This document shows, piece by piece, positions 1-14,869 of a stretch of DNA of 64,000 bases. This DNA comes from Octopus sinensis (lineage: Eukaryota): the NCBI RefSeq assembly GCF_006345805.1, contig NC_043012.1, positions 50,158,001 through 50,222,000 of the forward strand. The letters run 5' to 3'. The notes beneath the pieces were generated by a model. It did no database searches. It had not been told where the DNA came from and saw only the letters and a list, made by a program, of their open reading frames with translations. A program made the position numbers and the translations under genes. Each line of letters opens with the position of its first letter. The first letter of the stretch is position 1.

Positions 1-120
1 CAAATAAGCTAATAAACAGATAAATGATCTGATATTATCACAAAATAAAGGAAGCTACTACACCAGATTATATGAGGTGTTTTGAAACAGCTTACATGGT
101 TCCACTATGATACAATCTGA

Positions 121-196
<76 letters not shown>

Positions 197-521
197 CATT
201 ATATTTCAAATAAACATTTGTATTCAATTCTGTTTCAATTGATTTGTTTTCTTCTCATCCTGTCTATATCCTGACGTAAATCTGATCCTTTGTTCTGGTA
301 ACTAAAGAAAAGATAATAAATAATAGAAATTCCATTCTAATCAATAGCTTATCAATTAATAATCTGTTAATGTATGTACTGTGGAGTAATCATTAATTAC
401 CAAACGTCAATCCTAGTCACAGCATGGAACTTCATCGTACTCAGAAATTCAATTAATGTATATTGTTTTCCGTTTTCGCACATATATCAATGTACAAACA
501 TGCGCATATATATATAATATA

Positions 522-574
<53 letters not shown>

Positions 575-595
575 GAGATCTATATATAGATATAG

Positions 596-628
<33 letters not shown>

Positions 629-1739
629 TCTATATATATATACATATATATACGTACATATATACATATATATATATATGTACGTATGTACGTATGTATA
701 TATATGTACAAACAGACACACACATATATACATACGCACTATGTATGCATGTTTGTATGTACATGCATTCTTTTACACACACACACACATACATACATGC
801 ATATATATATATATATATACATATTGTTGAATGAGTTCACATGCGTACATTTTACAAGCATACAGTGTCGTTTTGTATGCGGAAGCCATGTATGAACCAC
901 AGGACTCAGGATGGACCTGACAAAAGCTCAAATATTTTCGACTGGTTATTGACATTCATTAAAAGTCTCTACCCGTGTTCGTGCTGCAGAGAGAGGAAGC
1001 TGTATATCAATAGTTAAAGAAAAAAAACATGCGTAATACCCACTTTCTGTTGCATATTCGTACCAATACTTTTACCTGCAGCGTGTGTGTTAATAAATTG
1101 AGAATAATTTTAGCTCATTTATAATTTATACTTAATCTATTCGGTAATTGAGCTTTATCGTTTTATAAAGCGTTTACATATAATGAAATGGTGTGCAAAT
1201 AAATTACCATAGCTTGTTTCTCATTGAAGATTCGTTGTTACAATACTGCATTTCTAGTGCAAAACTGTATATGGACACTCCAGTTATGAGGATAATGCAC
1301 TAGTCATAATAAGTCGAAAGTGAGAGACAGAGAGAGGGAGAAAGAGAGAGAGAGAGAGAAACAGAGTGGGAGAGAGGGCGAGAGAAACTGGGAGAGTGCA
1401 GAAGAAAGAATTGTGGCTTTACTGCAGTGACTAATTACATAACATATATGAATATATATCCCCATGGAACTATTAACAAACTACTGACACACACGCTGTC
1501 TCTGTACTTTAGTTTGCTATTAACATGCATGCACACACACGCACACGCAGACACACAGAAACATACACACACACACACGCACACGAGTATCCACACGTAT
1601 ATGTCTGTCATTTAGATAAAAGAGAAACTCTTCGAATTTCCAAGATAATTTCTTGTCGGTCTGTTTCTGAAACTGGCCACAGTGTTTCTAACTTCATCCT
1701 AGTGCTTGTCCACCAGGAACACCGGGTAACACGAGACAC

Positions 1740-3665
1740 CGAATGCTTTCACTATTCTGTTTGTACAGCGACCTACAATATTGTTCGTGTGCATTGTCTT
1801 TCTCTCCAGTTGCCGAACCATAGGCCTTATCGATTTCTCTGTATTAATCTAGTACCTGCCATCGCTTCGTGTTCCCTTAAATTGGAATCGACGACCTGAA
1901 AATCCTCAGACGCTGACATCATGATCGTGGTGTTATACACATACATTGAAACAGCTCTCCCACATTCTAGTTCAAAGTGGGATCGTCTCAAGAGTTTTTG
2001 CTTCCGCAGTAACGGCTCCAGCGCCAGCAGGTAACGATAACCTGACAAAACAAACACCACTGACTGATCGAGCGCGAGATATGAAACGCTTCTGAGAAGA
2101 GGGCGTTTTGTCCCTCAGCAAGCGCCACTGTTCATTGCTGTGATGCTTGCACTGAAAAGGTCTCGAAACCGGCTGGCATTGGGATTTCTCTCAAAGTTAC
2201 GATACCCGATGTTATCGAAGCCGTTGGACTGCTCCAAATTGATCACAGCATCATGGATATCAGATTTGCTACATCTATGATGTAACACATGAAGTGGAGG
2301 TTGTTGTAGATGGATTTATTGGGCACCGCACATGTTTAAGCTCTGATCACCAAAAACACCAACTTCTTTGCCAGCACCTAGTCCAAAATTTTAAACTGTT
2401 CATTTAGTAGAGTTATGGCCCAGAAATGGTCTATAATATTCCCTTTATTAGCGTTTTTTTTTTCAGAAAACTAACATACTTCGACTCACAGTTCGGGGAA
2501 TACTCCCGTTTTGCTGCCAATTGTCATAGACCTTTGCCAAGAGGTCACCAGAATTGGAATCGACAACCTGAACAATAAGAATAAATCTTATAGGGCAGAC
2601 TAATCAAACCAGGCGATTTGTCTCTGGCGCAACCACTATATACTTTTTCGCATCTTATTTGTTAGTGGAAGCACGTGCCCTAGTGGTTAGAGCAGCGGAC
2701 TCGCGGGCGAGGGATCGCGGGTTCGAATCTCAAACCGGGCGATGTGTGTGTTTATGAGCGAAACACCTAAGCTCCACGCTGCTCCGGCAGAAGGTAATTG
2801 CGAACTTCTGCTGACTCTTTCGCCCCAACATTCTCTCACTCTTTCCTCCTGCATCTTGCAGCTCACCTGCGATGGACCGGCGTCCCCTCCAGGTGGGGAA
2901 CCTATACGCCAAGGAACCGGGAAACCGGCCCTTATGAGCCAGACATGGCTCGAGAAGGAACAAACAACAAGCAAACAACATATTATTTGTTGATACTTGG
3001 CTTTCACAATACCTAACGTCGTCTTCCGTTCAGGTAGATTTATAATTCTCTGCGGCTTATTTCTTTCTGAACAGTCCGACAAGGGCTACTGGGAGTCTGC
3101 ATACATTTGCTTGTAACCGCGCAGTGCGCGCCAATCCCGATCTGTCCATAATTGAATTATAGTAGTTTTGTTGCCACGTCACGCTTATACCAGCAGTCGG
3201 CTTTCGTTCCTTCTTGTTTTAGCGCACAAATTTCAGCTCCGACAATTCAGCCTTCGTGTTTCGTACTCAATAAATGATCGAGGGACTACCTTGCCGCTAA
3301 CAACTTGATCTCATGCCACTTCTACACGCTTTTTTTTATTTTATAAGCCTGTTCTTCTGCTAATCTATTTCTCTCCATCACTTTCTCTTTAATTGCTACT
3401 GACTGATATCTAGTTTCTCACTTCAGGACTCCCCATCAGCACTTATTGACTACTGCTATTAACTAGGTCGCTAATCCAGTCTCCGTAGTGGTTCCACGGC
3501 AGGAAAGACGCGTTCGATTTCCAGATGTCTGGTTCCTGTCTATGAATACTAAGTAAAATAACTGTGCAGATCACATATTTGATCTGAGTAGGCTGTGAGA
3601 GTCAATTGGGGAAAACCTTGCATATCTTTGTCAGTTGATCTAAACAATATTCTACGTACAATCTG
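1740..3665 (-). mobile_element. Degenerate Tx1/L1-clade LINE ORF2 fragment (end of APE endonuclease, linker, N-terminal half of RT), interrupted by a SINE
   Basis: Minus-strand translation with stops and frameshifts gives IWKSNASFL (cf. YWKLNASLL), KSPGLISLPY (KSPGLDGLPYE), FWAITLLNEQFKIL..VLAKKL, TCAVPNKSIYNNLHFM, INLEQSNGFD (LDQSKAFD) and YLLALEPLLRK. Confidence 0.85.
2665..2982 (+). mobile_element. Full-length tRNA-derived SINE with (AAC)-rich tail and 9-bp TSD
   Basis: A-box-like TGCCCTAGTGG, B-box GGTTCGAATC, body CCTGCGATGGACCGGCGTCCC, AACAACAA tail. TTATTTGTT is duplicated at 2655-2663 and 2983-2991. Confidence 0.9.
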
Positions 3666-3721
3666 GAAAACACATCACTCCAAGATATCCAGCATGCTAA
3701 CGATTCTGCAAGCTCACGGTA

Positions 3722-3778
3722 TTAATAATAGTAATAATAATAATAATGATGATGATGATGATGATGATGACGATGATG

Positions 3779-3835
<57 letters not shown>

Positions 3836-3884
3836 TTATAATAATGATAATAATAACGATGATGATGATGATGATTATGAAGAC

Positions 3885-3916
<32 letters not shown>

Positions 3917-3942
3917 CGACGACGATGATGATGATAACAGGA
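3722..3942. repeat. Compound (AAT)n/(GAT)n microsatellite
   Basis: Directly visible triplet arrays. Confidence 0.95.
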
Positions 3943-4672
3943 TGACTAAAAGTGATTGAAAACCGGAAACGGAGGCTCTAATCTGTGCTGCCTAAGAGCA
4001 AGAACTAAGAACAAATTACATAAAGTGCAGAGTAGACAACACATCAGAAAGTGATAAGTGCTGAATTTGTGGACAAAATTGTGTAACCGTATGGAATTTT
4101 TCCAGCCAATGTACGCCACTAGCTCAGACGGACTATAAGAGACGCCACGATAATATAGCAAGGTTTGTCCATTGGACACTACAACATGTACGGACTTGAC
4201 AGAGTAAAGAAGTCATACGACAACAAACCGGAAGGCATCATCGAAATGATATTGCAAAGATCCTGTAGGATTTTATGATTCAGGGCGACCATGAGTTAGA
4301 GAATAAGAAGTCCTGATTGAGAAAGAAATCAATGTTGGACCATAGATATAGCATGCCCAGCTGACAAGTTATGCGATAAGGAAGAAAGAAAAGTCGATAG
4401 ATATGACAGGTTAGCTTGGGAGGTTAATCAGTTGCGATCGATCAAAAAGTTGGCAGCAGTACCAATAATTCTCGGAGTGTGTAAAAATCTTGCGAAATAC
4501 ATGGAAAAAAATAAGGGCTGCAATAAATGTTGAGCACTTTCAGAAAGCAGCAATTCTTGGAACTATTCGAATACTCCGGAAGGTGCTCGAAAAGTAAGGG
4601 GTGCTGCTTTAGTTCACTGGTAGTGAACAGCTGACCGTAGTACATCTCCAGCGTCAGAAGCGGTGCAAAGGC
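3943..4672 (+). mobile_element. R4/Dong-clade non-LTR retrotransposon 3' fragment (CCHC zinc knuckle, restriction-like endonuclease, 3' UTR)
   Basis: LKPETEALICAA*EQELRTNYIKCRVD..KC*ICG..QCTPLAQTDYKRRHDNIARFVHW; IDIACPAD; KEERKVDRYDRLAWEV; QKAAILGTIRILRKVLEK*. Flanked by triplet microsatellites. Confidence 0.88.
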
Positions 4673-4674
4673 AA

Positions 4675-4737
<63 letters not shown>

Positions 4738-4738
<1 letters not shown>

Positions 4739-5293
4739 CACTCCTCTGGAACTTCATCATTCAAACTCACAGAAAGATAGATGCAAATAGGCCAGACATC
4801 ATATTGAAAGACTTCAGAGCAAAATCAAGCCTCCTCGTTGATATGACTGTCCCAATCGATATAAACGTATCTGTCAAGACCTACCAAAAACTGAGCAACT
4901 ATAAAGATTTTGAAAGAGAAATTAGCAAAATGTGGAACTTGAAGACTAAAACAATACCTGTTGTCTAGGTGCCCTGGGAATGATAGCAAAAGGGGCTGAT
5001 TGCTACCTAACTCAGCTACCAGGAAACCCCAAAATCGCAGAAATTCAAAAGATAAATGCTCATAGGAACTGCCCATATCCTACGCAAAATACATTCCAAG
5101 TAATGTCAAGTTTTAAAACAAACATAATTTTCTTATGGTTTCTTAAACATCCTCTAGAACAACACTATGTACAAAACCAAATATATGGCACCTTAGTCAC
5201 AACACCGATATGTACTTCCAACTTGTTATCTCTTGAGTTCTCTGGGTGATATTTTGAGCCAACTTGTACAAATGTAAAGAAAAATCCAAACAT
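4738..5293 (+). mobile_element. Second, different R4/Dong-clade 3' fragment (RLE domain and 3' UTR) ending in (AAT)n
   Basis: TLLWNFIIQTHRKIDANRPDIILKDFRAKSSLLVDMTVPID..KLSNYKDFEREISKMWNLKTKTIPVV*GALG..GTAHILRKI. This is a PD-(D/E)xK RLE signature, followed by (AAT)n. Confidence 0.9.
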
Positions 5294-5295
5294 AA

Positions 5296-5352
<57 letters not shown>

Positions 5353-5422
5353 TTCTAAGCATTTCAACCGACGTGCCAACGCTCGCCGCCGTAACAACAA
5401 CAACAAGAACAACAACAACAGC

Positions 5423-5464
<42 letters not shown>

Positions 5465-6149
5465 AATAATAATAATAATGATAATAGTAATAATAATAAT
5501 GATTTTCTTATGTTTTGACAGACAATACTTTGTGCAAAAGTACAGATATGGTATCCTAGACATAATACCGCCTTGGAATTCTGACGTGTCTTTACATCTA
5601 ACCTCTGTCATCAAAAGCCATCCAGTTTTCTTCAACAAGGAATATTTTACACTGTCGGCTTAGAAACCAAAACTCCAAAACTCACGCAAATCGCATATTC
5701 AAGAAAGAACAAATTCGTTAATATAGTTCTTTGACATATTTATAAACAGACGGATTGGTCATTGCAGGAATGTTTTTGATCATTAGTTTATTTGATCAGG
5801 ATTTTATTGAAACTAAACAACCACACAAAGGACAATAACAATCAGAAGTTTTACTATTTGACCTTCGAGAGAGCGATCTCTCTTGTTATTTGATGAAAAC
5901 TGACAATGTATATGATTTGTCAAGTTTACACTGTACTACATAAAAGTACCGTATAACCTGAGAGAAAACTGAATGATCATATTTCTGTTTTACTAACTCT
6001 CATCCATTAAGTGATTAGATTTACTTCTTCACGTATACGTGCACAAATAAGTTCTACTATCGTATATATGTGAATATGTGTGTGCCTGTGTGTCGGTGCT
6101 TGTCTGTGTGCGTTAGTACAGTGAACGTCCATTATACAAACACATTCAT

Positions 6150-6184
6150 CAATGCGTGTATGCTGTGTGCGTGAGTGTGTGTGC

Positions 6185-6228
<44 letters not shown>

Positions 6229-6402
6229 GTATGTATGTATGTATATATGTATATGTATTTATATAAATGTATATATATATATATACCTATATGTATGTAT
6301 ATATATATATATGTATATATATATATACATATATGTATATATATATATGTGTATATATATATGTATGTATATATATTATATATATATACATATATGTATG
6401 TG

Positions 6403-6434
<32 letters not shown>

Positions 6435-6560
6435 CATATGCATGAATGTATGTGTATGAATGGATATATATGTGTATATATGTTTGTATATATATATATA
6501 TGTATATACTTGTATTCGCGTGTGTGCGTGTTTAAAATACACATTCATATACACACACAT
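6150..6560. repeat. (TA)n/(TG)n degenerate microsatellite block
   Basis: Directly visible. Similar blocks at 120-830, 7130-7970, 9830-10690, 14720-15060, 29250-29630, 30270-32240, 50250-51040, 54980-55280 and 62980-63210. Confidence 0.95.
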
Positions 6561-7190
6561 ATTTCTGAGTGTTGTGCGGGAGTGCGAATGATTGTGCGTG
6601 TATTTTATTGCGACATTTTGCCAATGCTAATATAGACATTTTACTCGATTATTTCTTATGCAACATTATTTACTATATTTTCTCTTCAATTCATTTATTT
6701 TAAGTTATTTGTGATAAATGTTTGCAATTGTTTGAACTAAAATGCACCAAGAAGATTTAGTAACGTAAATGGGGTTTTACTAAAATGTAAAATGTAGTTA
6801 AATGAAACGGATGAAAAAGGTTGTAACAAACATTTAAGAAAACGTATTTCGAAAAGAAACAATAACAAGAAAGAATAAAAAATAAATTCAGCAACGAAAC
6901 CATAACAAGCATGGCAACAATAAAAATGTCAACAAAATTTCCATTGAATTAATGTTGAACAAAGAAAACAGACAAAAAGCCATTAAACAACTGATTCTAT
7001 TGCAGCGGGGGACACGTTAGGTGCAATTTAACATGTCATATATTAAAATGTAGGATATTAACAATTTATACACGCATAGTTCTAGGTATAGGCAAGAGAC
7101 ATATTCTTTCAATGGTTCATCAGTTATAAATGTGTGTTTATACACACATGCGTACACATGTATACTTACATACATATGTATACACACACA

Positions 7191-7242
<52 letters not shown>

Positions 7243-7685
7243 TATATATACATATATACACACATATATATACATACATGTACAAGTGTACGTGTCTTTG
7301 TGTATGTATGATGTAGGAAGTGAGGAGAATGAAACAGAGAATAAAAGACGTCTAAGCGTGTGAGGATATACATTTTTTACGTATGTATAATATATGTATA
7401 TGTACAAATATGAATAAATATATACATAAATAAATATAAAAAATGTGCATATTTACATATACATGTATACATTAATATATGTATATACACATACATATGT
7501 ACACATACACATATATGTATGCACACATATATACATATATATATGCGGAAGTAGATATATATATATATATTATATATATATATTATATATATATATATAT
7601 ATATGCGTACGCATAATTGCATATATACGTATATATGTGTGTGTGTATATATATATATATATCTATACGCATTTGTATATATTTA

Positions 7686-7728
<43 letters not shown>

Positions 7729-7733
7729 ATGTG

Positions 7734-7776
<43 letters not shown>

Positions 7777-7785
7777 ATGTGTATG

Positions 7786-7856
<71 letters not shown>

Positions 7857-8459
7857 ATATAGTGACGTACGTTTGCCATTTAAATATGGCTAACCCCTAA
7901 GGGTGGATATAAATATATAGATAGATAGATGTATATATATATATATATTATATATATATATATAATGTAGACACGTATACATAAAGTAGCTTTTGGTCAG
8001 CTGAATGACGTATACAAACTATATTTGAAGGAGTACTGTCTTTTATTCAGTGACTGCTGAGGCAAAATATAGTAAGAGCGTTCACTAACAACTTGCTTCG
8101 AAATCATTCATAACTTCAGAAATATGAAGACAATATTTTTTTTTTTAAGTATGTTAACATGTAGAGGTCGAGTGAAGAGACTATGTCATTAAGGGATATG
8201 TTTGCTCTTACATGTCCACGCCATAGTATCCTTGTGATGATTAACCCAACTTAACATTTGGCTTTGTATTTACATGAAAATTGTGAATATAATTTGAGAC
8301 CACCAGTGTTGTGCATATTAAATATCTCTATTCCAACTTGATATAATAGCTTCACGTTTTGTTACCTTCAGTGCTTGGAGAAACAGTACGATGACACGAG
8401 ACTTGCAGACTTTCCTGGATTGGTGGGATTCATTCCATTACTCTTTCCCTAAAACCCTT

Positions 8460-9800
8460 TCTACATCAGCACGTTTAGGAAGAGTACAATCTGTGAGCGT
8501 ATTGTAGATAAGCAAAGTACTGGGCGTAAGATTTTTGCAGTGCTTACAGTGTTAGACAAAGCAAGTATAACGAGAGGACTAGGGAAACGTAGAACGGATT
8601 TGTGCGAGTGGAGTTGGTAGCGGCCGAGTTTATTATAATAGCTATGGAAGAGACAGAGAGGAGAGATATCATGTTGATGGATCAGAGAAAGTCTGGGGAT
8701 GCAGCAGAGATTGATCCTACATATGAGTGATATTATGAAGATCGATAGTGTGCCAATTTTCGGATATTTTTTTAATGATATGTGAGTGCAAAAGCCAAAT
8801 TTTCTTGTGGTTCTTACCCCAGCTTTGAACAGCATGAATCGTGATTGTTTGGTGCCTTATTTTCTGACTCTAAGGAAAACGCTCGGCTGCCGGGATGCTT
8901 TCTTTGCCACATTACAGATTTGATTATTACAGAACAGATCGTCAGTGGTATTTAGACTAAACATTTAGCAGTTTTGAGGGTTAAAAAAAAGTTACACTCA
9001 AGATTAGGCTAAGTTTTATGCGATGCAGTTTTATTCATATAAGTAGTTCTTGTGCTGTTTTGCTATTCAGAAAGACAACTTTTGCATGTCCTGAATAAGG
9101 GATGCTTCTGAACAAGCTGTCCATGACAGTGAATGTTTTGTAGCTGTGTGACTAGGTTGCGAGTGGATAATACATAGTTGGGGAAAACGAGGGGGTATGG
9201 AGAATAGTGCATAAATGTTTGGGTAGTTGCTTGTTGTTAAAAGTAAATCAATGGAATGTAGAAGGAACAAAGTTTAGGAAAAAACAGAAGTTGAAATAAA
9301 TAAAGAGCATAATCCATCAACACATGTGGCAATAGTGCAATCTTATTGGTAGATACACATCCAAATATCGGGTGGTATATAGTCAGGGGATTTACTTAAG
9401 TGATATATATGCACGGTTACTATTGTTGTTGTTTCTTGCTTCTCGAGACATACCTGGCTCATAAGGGCCGGTTTCCCTGTTTCATTGGCGTATAGGTTCC
9501 AAACGTGGACGAGACGCCGGTCTGTCGCGAGGTTAGTATTGCTTTTACTATAAGTCAAGAATACGCTGAACAAGCTACCAATGAATGTGCTTTGATGGAA
9601 ACCGTAGAGTTTGTCATTAAGGAAGAGAGATGCAACGTATTGAAGGATATAACTTTGAAAGGTGACTATTTTGTTATATACATGTTTGAATTGAATGTAA
9701 CAGGATGAGAGTTGTCAGGGTTGGAGAACGTAATTGTTTATTGGCCGAGACGCATTAGAGATTGAGAGCTTGAAGTGTTAGATAACCATATCCATAGCAT
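8460..9800 (-). mobile_element. Highly degenerate CR1/Jockey-group LINE RT and C-terminal fragment
   Basis: SNPDNSHPV (cf. SNPDNYRPI), FLNDKLYGFHQS..GSLF (LLSDHQYGFR..GDLL), FLLHSIDLLLTTSNYPNIYA (FLLYINDLL..IHSYADD), SLIHQHDISPLCLFHSYYN (LSHRRNVASLCLFYRYY). Confidence 0.65.
9423..9532 (-). mobile_element. 3' fragment of the SINE family seen at 2665-2982
   Basis: Reverse complement matches AACCTATACGCCAA..GGGAAACCGGCCCTTATGAGCCAG..CTCGAGAAG plus an (AAC)n tail. Confidence 0.85.
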
Positions 9801-9825
9801 TCATGATCTCTGAGAAAGAAAAGAC

Positions 9826-9860
<35 letters not shown>

Positions 9861-9862
9861 CC

Positions 9863-9900
<38 letters not shown>

Positions 9901-9912
9901 CATGCATATATG

Positions 9913-10007
<95 letters not shown>

Positions 10008-10472
10008 GAGAGAGAGAGATAGCTAGATAGATAGATAGAAAGAAAACACAGTTTTTGTAAAATGAAATTGATTAGAAACATAATCGGTATAATTTTAACG
10101 CTGCATAAGTATTTGAACGTGAAAATACTGGTTTCTCGTAACCATAGTATTGGTCATCAGAGCAACGTCGTATCAGAGCGTCGCAAATTGAGAGATAAGC
10201 GTACATTTCATGTGTATATGTATCTTCATAAATACGTTACAGTTCTTTCTTGGCGTTATTTAAACCCCACTCACTTAGTCCATCACTCACCGGTGTTTTC
10301 TCTGTCTCAAATCGGCACTTTTAATGTCTAATATCTCTTAAATATACATATATAAAAAAAAACACGCACACATATTTTCACACGCGCACACAACCACACG
10401 AGTACACACACATATGCATACACTCACGCATACATACACACACACATATATATACATATGAATGGATATATG

Positions 10473-10507
<35 letters not shown>

Positions 10508-10532
10508 GTATATATATATGTATATATATATG

Positions 10533-10622
<90 letters not shown>

Positions 10623-11507
10623 GTAAGAGAGAGATAGACATATAACGACACACACGTATAAATTAGTATATATATATATATATATATATAGGATAATTTA
10701 ATATATCTTTATATGATGTAATGATAATATAATATCCGGTCTGTCATTTTGATATCAACTGTCTATACTGGTCATTACCAACTTTATTGGTATTGTCAAA
10801 TTCAATTTGCTTGACCTAGAACAGTGTTGTGTGAGCGTCTGCAACAAATTTATTATCGTATAAGATTTTATAAAGGTTTTGGTAAAAATATTTTAATGAA
10901 TGTTACTTTACCAACTCTGGTCAAAAATTTTCTATGAATTTACAGCAGAAAATAAGAGTGTTTATAATAGCCTTTGTTAATCCTCGTACGTAAATATACA
11001 TAGACCAGTACGCACATGCGCATGCACAAACACACATTATCTTTCACGTGTCCTCTTTGAGATGAATAACTGCATTCTTAAATGTATACGCACATTCTTG
11101 TTCACAATTGGTAACTACGAAAACATAATAGAAGAAACCACTTAAATGGCAACGGAAAATATTTTGCGTATAATTACGAACGATTGTTTGTAGTTATAAG
11201 AATATTTCTTAAAAGGCTGTGAAACATAAATTCGTTATTTGTAGCTGGCGACACTTAGTAATAGAAAAATGCATGTGACCTGTGTTTCAATGGCGTCAGT
11301 CATAGCCCAATGTGTTTTTATATATATTTTCTGTGAAGGAAATTTTCCTGTGTTGCTATTACTTCAGCGACAATACCTATCTACGTCCGAGTGTGCATGA
11401 ACATGATAAATATAACATTGCACAATTTGTAAATTTATTTAACATATGTGTGCGTGTGTATAAAAACATACATACAAACAGACAAACATTTCCCAGTTCA
11501 TACACAT

Positions 11508-11814
11508 GTTGAGACTCTCTTCGGTCATGACTGACCGTGGGATTGCACCTAGAAAGTTACCCTCCCAGGCACAAGTCCGGGCAAGGTCGTTTATGCAAGA
11601 CCAGTAGTCGCCCCTGCATACCGACCTCCCCTCTCCACGCCACCAGTGTTGTCCAAGGGAAAGGCAACAGCAGATACTTCTTGGCACCTGTGACGTCGCA
11701 ACTCATTTCTACAGCTGAGTGAACTGGAGCAATGGGAAATAAAGTGTCTTGCTCAAGAACACAACCTCACGATCGTAAGCTCGACACTCTAATCACTGAG
11801 CCATGCGCCTTCAC
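11508..11814 (-). mobile_element. tRNA-derived SINE with Meta/CORE-like central domain; B-box region deleted
   Basis: Head GTGAAGGCGCATGGCTCAGTGATTAGAG, then TTGTGTTCTTGAGCAAGACACTTTATTTC..GCTCCAGTTCACTCAGCTGTAGAAATGAG. Confidence 0.8.
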
Positions 11815-13549
11815 ATACGTATCTAAGTCTTATGTTTGTATATAAGTGTGTATGTATGTATATATGTATGTATACATGTATGTAAAACTAGAAATGGTAC
11901 ATTCTATTTAAGTTCATGACGAGTAACGGGATATGGAGAAACTCACACTGAAGTGTGCTACCCTGAAAACATAATTATTGACACATAAAGTAAATCGATT
12001 TGACCAAAAGTTCATTTAATAGTAAAATGTTTTGCAAAAGGTTTCCTTCATAGAATTACACTAGTTGACTTACGAACGTTAGTGTAAGAACTGATATCTA
12101 AACCAACTCGAAACCATATGCATATGTGCAAAAATATATAACGATTGTTGGATTTTGTAGCTCAAAAGTTCTTTCCACTCATTCTTCTGACAACTTACAC
12201 CAAGTCCAATAACAGATGCGTCACAAATCACGTTGATATGTTTTCGACACTAATTTGGAGTTTCTCTTCTCACAAGAATATACACTATTTCTCTGAAGGC
12301 AGGGTTGGCTTTAATCGTATGATGTTTGCCGAGTCAGAGTAGAACTGAGGTTTTATGATAAAGAGCAACAATAACATCAATATTAGTAGAAACAAAATCA
12401 AACTGTAGATGCTATACGTTTCAAAAAGGTTTTATCTTGAATGATTTTACTGACAGGAAGCCAGTTCGATGACTTTCTCCACTTTGTTGTTCATATATAA
12501 TGGAGTTTTCAAATTTACTACCGAGTTTTCAAATGTAGCAAATAATTTATCTTCATGACGTTGTTACTACATGTTCTATTGAAGCTAGACTCTGTTGTTG
12601 GTACCTACATGAAGCTAGTCTGGCTGGTGCATTAATTGATGTGTCTGTTCTTAACCATAGCTATAATACTTTTCTGTAAAAATAAAGAATTTCTCCTATG
12701 CAGCGATTGAGAGACAAGCTCCTGATTAACTGAAATATATGAGGCTCTAGGAGAGAAGTTATATTGGCTAATTTTTGTAGAGAAAAGCAGTATAACCGAA
12801 GTTATTCAAAAATTATTATTTCAACACTATAGCCGCTGAGTGCAAAAAGAGAAAAATCTTATGACTGACACAATGAAGGATAGAAACATTGAATGGGAAA
12901 TAGACGCTTCCAACCAACGACACTGAACAAAAAGAGGGGGAAAAATCATTATCCGTAGAAAAGAGTATGGCATGATATCATTTGAGGTTGTGCATGTGAA
13001 GCGGTAATGTTAATTCCTCAAGGAGTGTAGTGTGAGACGTGCGGTTGATATACATTTGGAAACGTTTCGCCTACTCGGTCAATCAGTTATCTTAGAGAAA
13101 ATAATGAACATAATATGTAATAACTTACAGACTCTAACTATATTTCTCCCCAAGTGTATTTCTCATTTCAGACTCCGCCCCACTCTCTCCAATAAATCGA
13201 CACGGATTTCCGCCCGCGTATAAAGTCATTGCGCTCTTTATACGTGTGTCGTCGATATAAGATTGTATCAGTATATTTTTCAACAAACTTATCTTCTTTC
13301 ACTTAACACACATAGTAGAACTGAGTCAAAGCAGAATCCATTGATAGATTACGATGTAGGTTACAATTATGCACCAAGAGAAGCAGAAATATTCAGTCTC
13401 CGGAAAATGGACACTAGTTTTCGTAATGCCAATTTCAATGTAAATTATTCTTACAGTATCAAAGGCCTACCTTTGTATATGGACGCAGATAACAAATCTA
13501 ATCTTATTTAAAAGAGAATTCATAAACACATTTCAAACTATAACTATTA

Positions 13550-13832
13550 CCTTCATCGACTGCGTCGTCATCCTCCTCAAAATCATTATTATCTTTCCCC
13601 ACAATCACCTCCATCATTCACTGCCGTCGTAATCATTATCATCATCATTGTTTGTCGTTGCAGTCGTGAACAACATCATCATCACTTTCATCATCATCAT
13701 CATCATGGAGATCATCGTCGTGCTCGTTGTTATGCAAGCAATTACCATTATCATCATCATCATCAGCAGCACCATCAAAATCATCATAATCATCATCATC
13801 ATAATCATCATCATCATCATCATTATCACCAC

Positions 13833-13867
<35 letters not shown>

Positions 13868-14019
13868 CATCATCATCATCATCACTATCATCATCATCAT
13901 CATCATCGCCATCATCATCATCGTCATCATCATCATCATCATCATCATCATCGTCGTCGTCGTCGTCGTCATCATCATCATCATCATCATCATCATCGCC
14001 ATCATCATCATCATCATCG

Positions 14020-14064
<45 letters not shown>

Positions 14065-14065
14065 A
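13550..14065. repeat. (CAT)n/(CGT)n microsatellite
   Basis: Directly visible. Confidence 0.95.
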
Positions 14066-14793
14066 TAGAGGTGAGGAAGGTCTTAGTTCAAATCTGTATT
14101 AGCGTCTTTTGTTGCAGCGTTGCTATCTCTGCTCACTGTTCTCCGCTCGTCCGTCATTTTATTATATACGTGTGATAAGCAACATCTATTCTTATATATA
14201 CATTTATATAGGCATACGTTTTCTAGATATCACTATTAATAAGCATTTGTCAATAACCTCACTCTTTAGTATTGAGCTATTTGCAGATTAATTACAATTC
14301 AGCTTAAGTTCGTCAAGTTTAGCTGAATATATCTATCTAATACGTATCAAAGCATCGTATCGTTGAGTCCTTTAAACTACTGTCTGCGCTGAGACGCTAG
14401 AGATAAACGCAGTTATCTATCATCTGGAATAAACCAATATGATATCGTTTTATTTTCCATAGTTTACGTATGATACAGACACAGTCTCACGTTATATGAG
14501 GTACGAAATTATATTCCATACAGTTTCCATTAAACTCTATCTGTCTCTCTGCATCTCTCTCTCTCTCTCATATGTGCGTGAGTGTGTAAACATGTGTGTG
14601 TGTATAAATACATATGCATTTATCTTGCAAGACTATCTATCTATCTTAGTATTACACTTTCTTCTTGTCCCCTCATCTGTCTTTACCCTTTTTCCTATAC
14701 ATGTAAACCATATTTATATACTTACACACACACATATATATATGCATGTATACACACACACACACATACACACACACATACACACACACACAC

Positions 14794-14869
<76 letters not shown>

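Noticed and set aside
120-200. Single AA or TT phase shifts within (TA)n arrays, here and throughout
   Set aside because: Explained by slippage or consensus error in low-complexity sequence.
2665-2740. tRNA-like sequence (also 36780-36864, 57890-57963, 60716-60788)
   Set aside because: No proper acceptor stem or Pol III terminator; these are SINE heads, not tRNA genes.
7090-7125. CTGATGA followed by GAAA on the minus strand
   Set aside because: No stem I, II or III can be formed; not a hammerhead.
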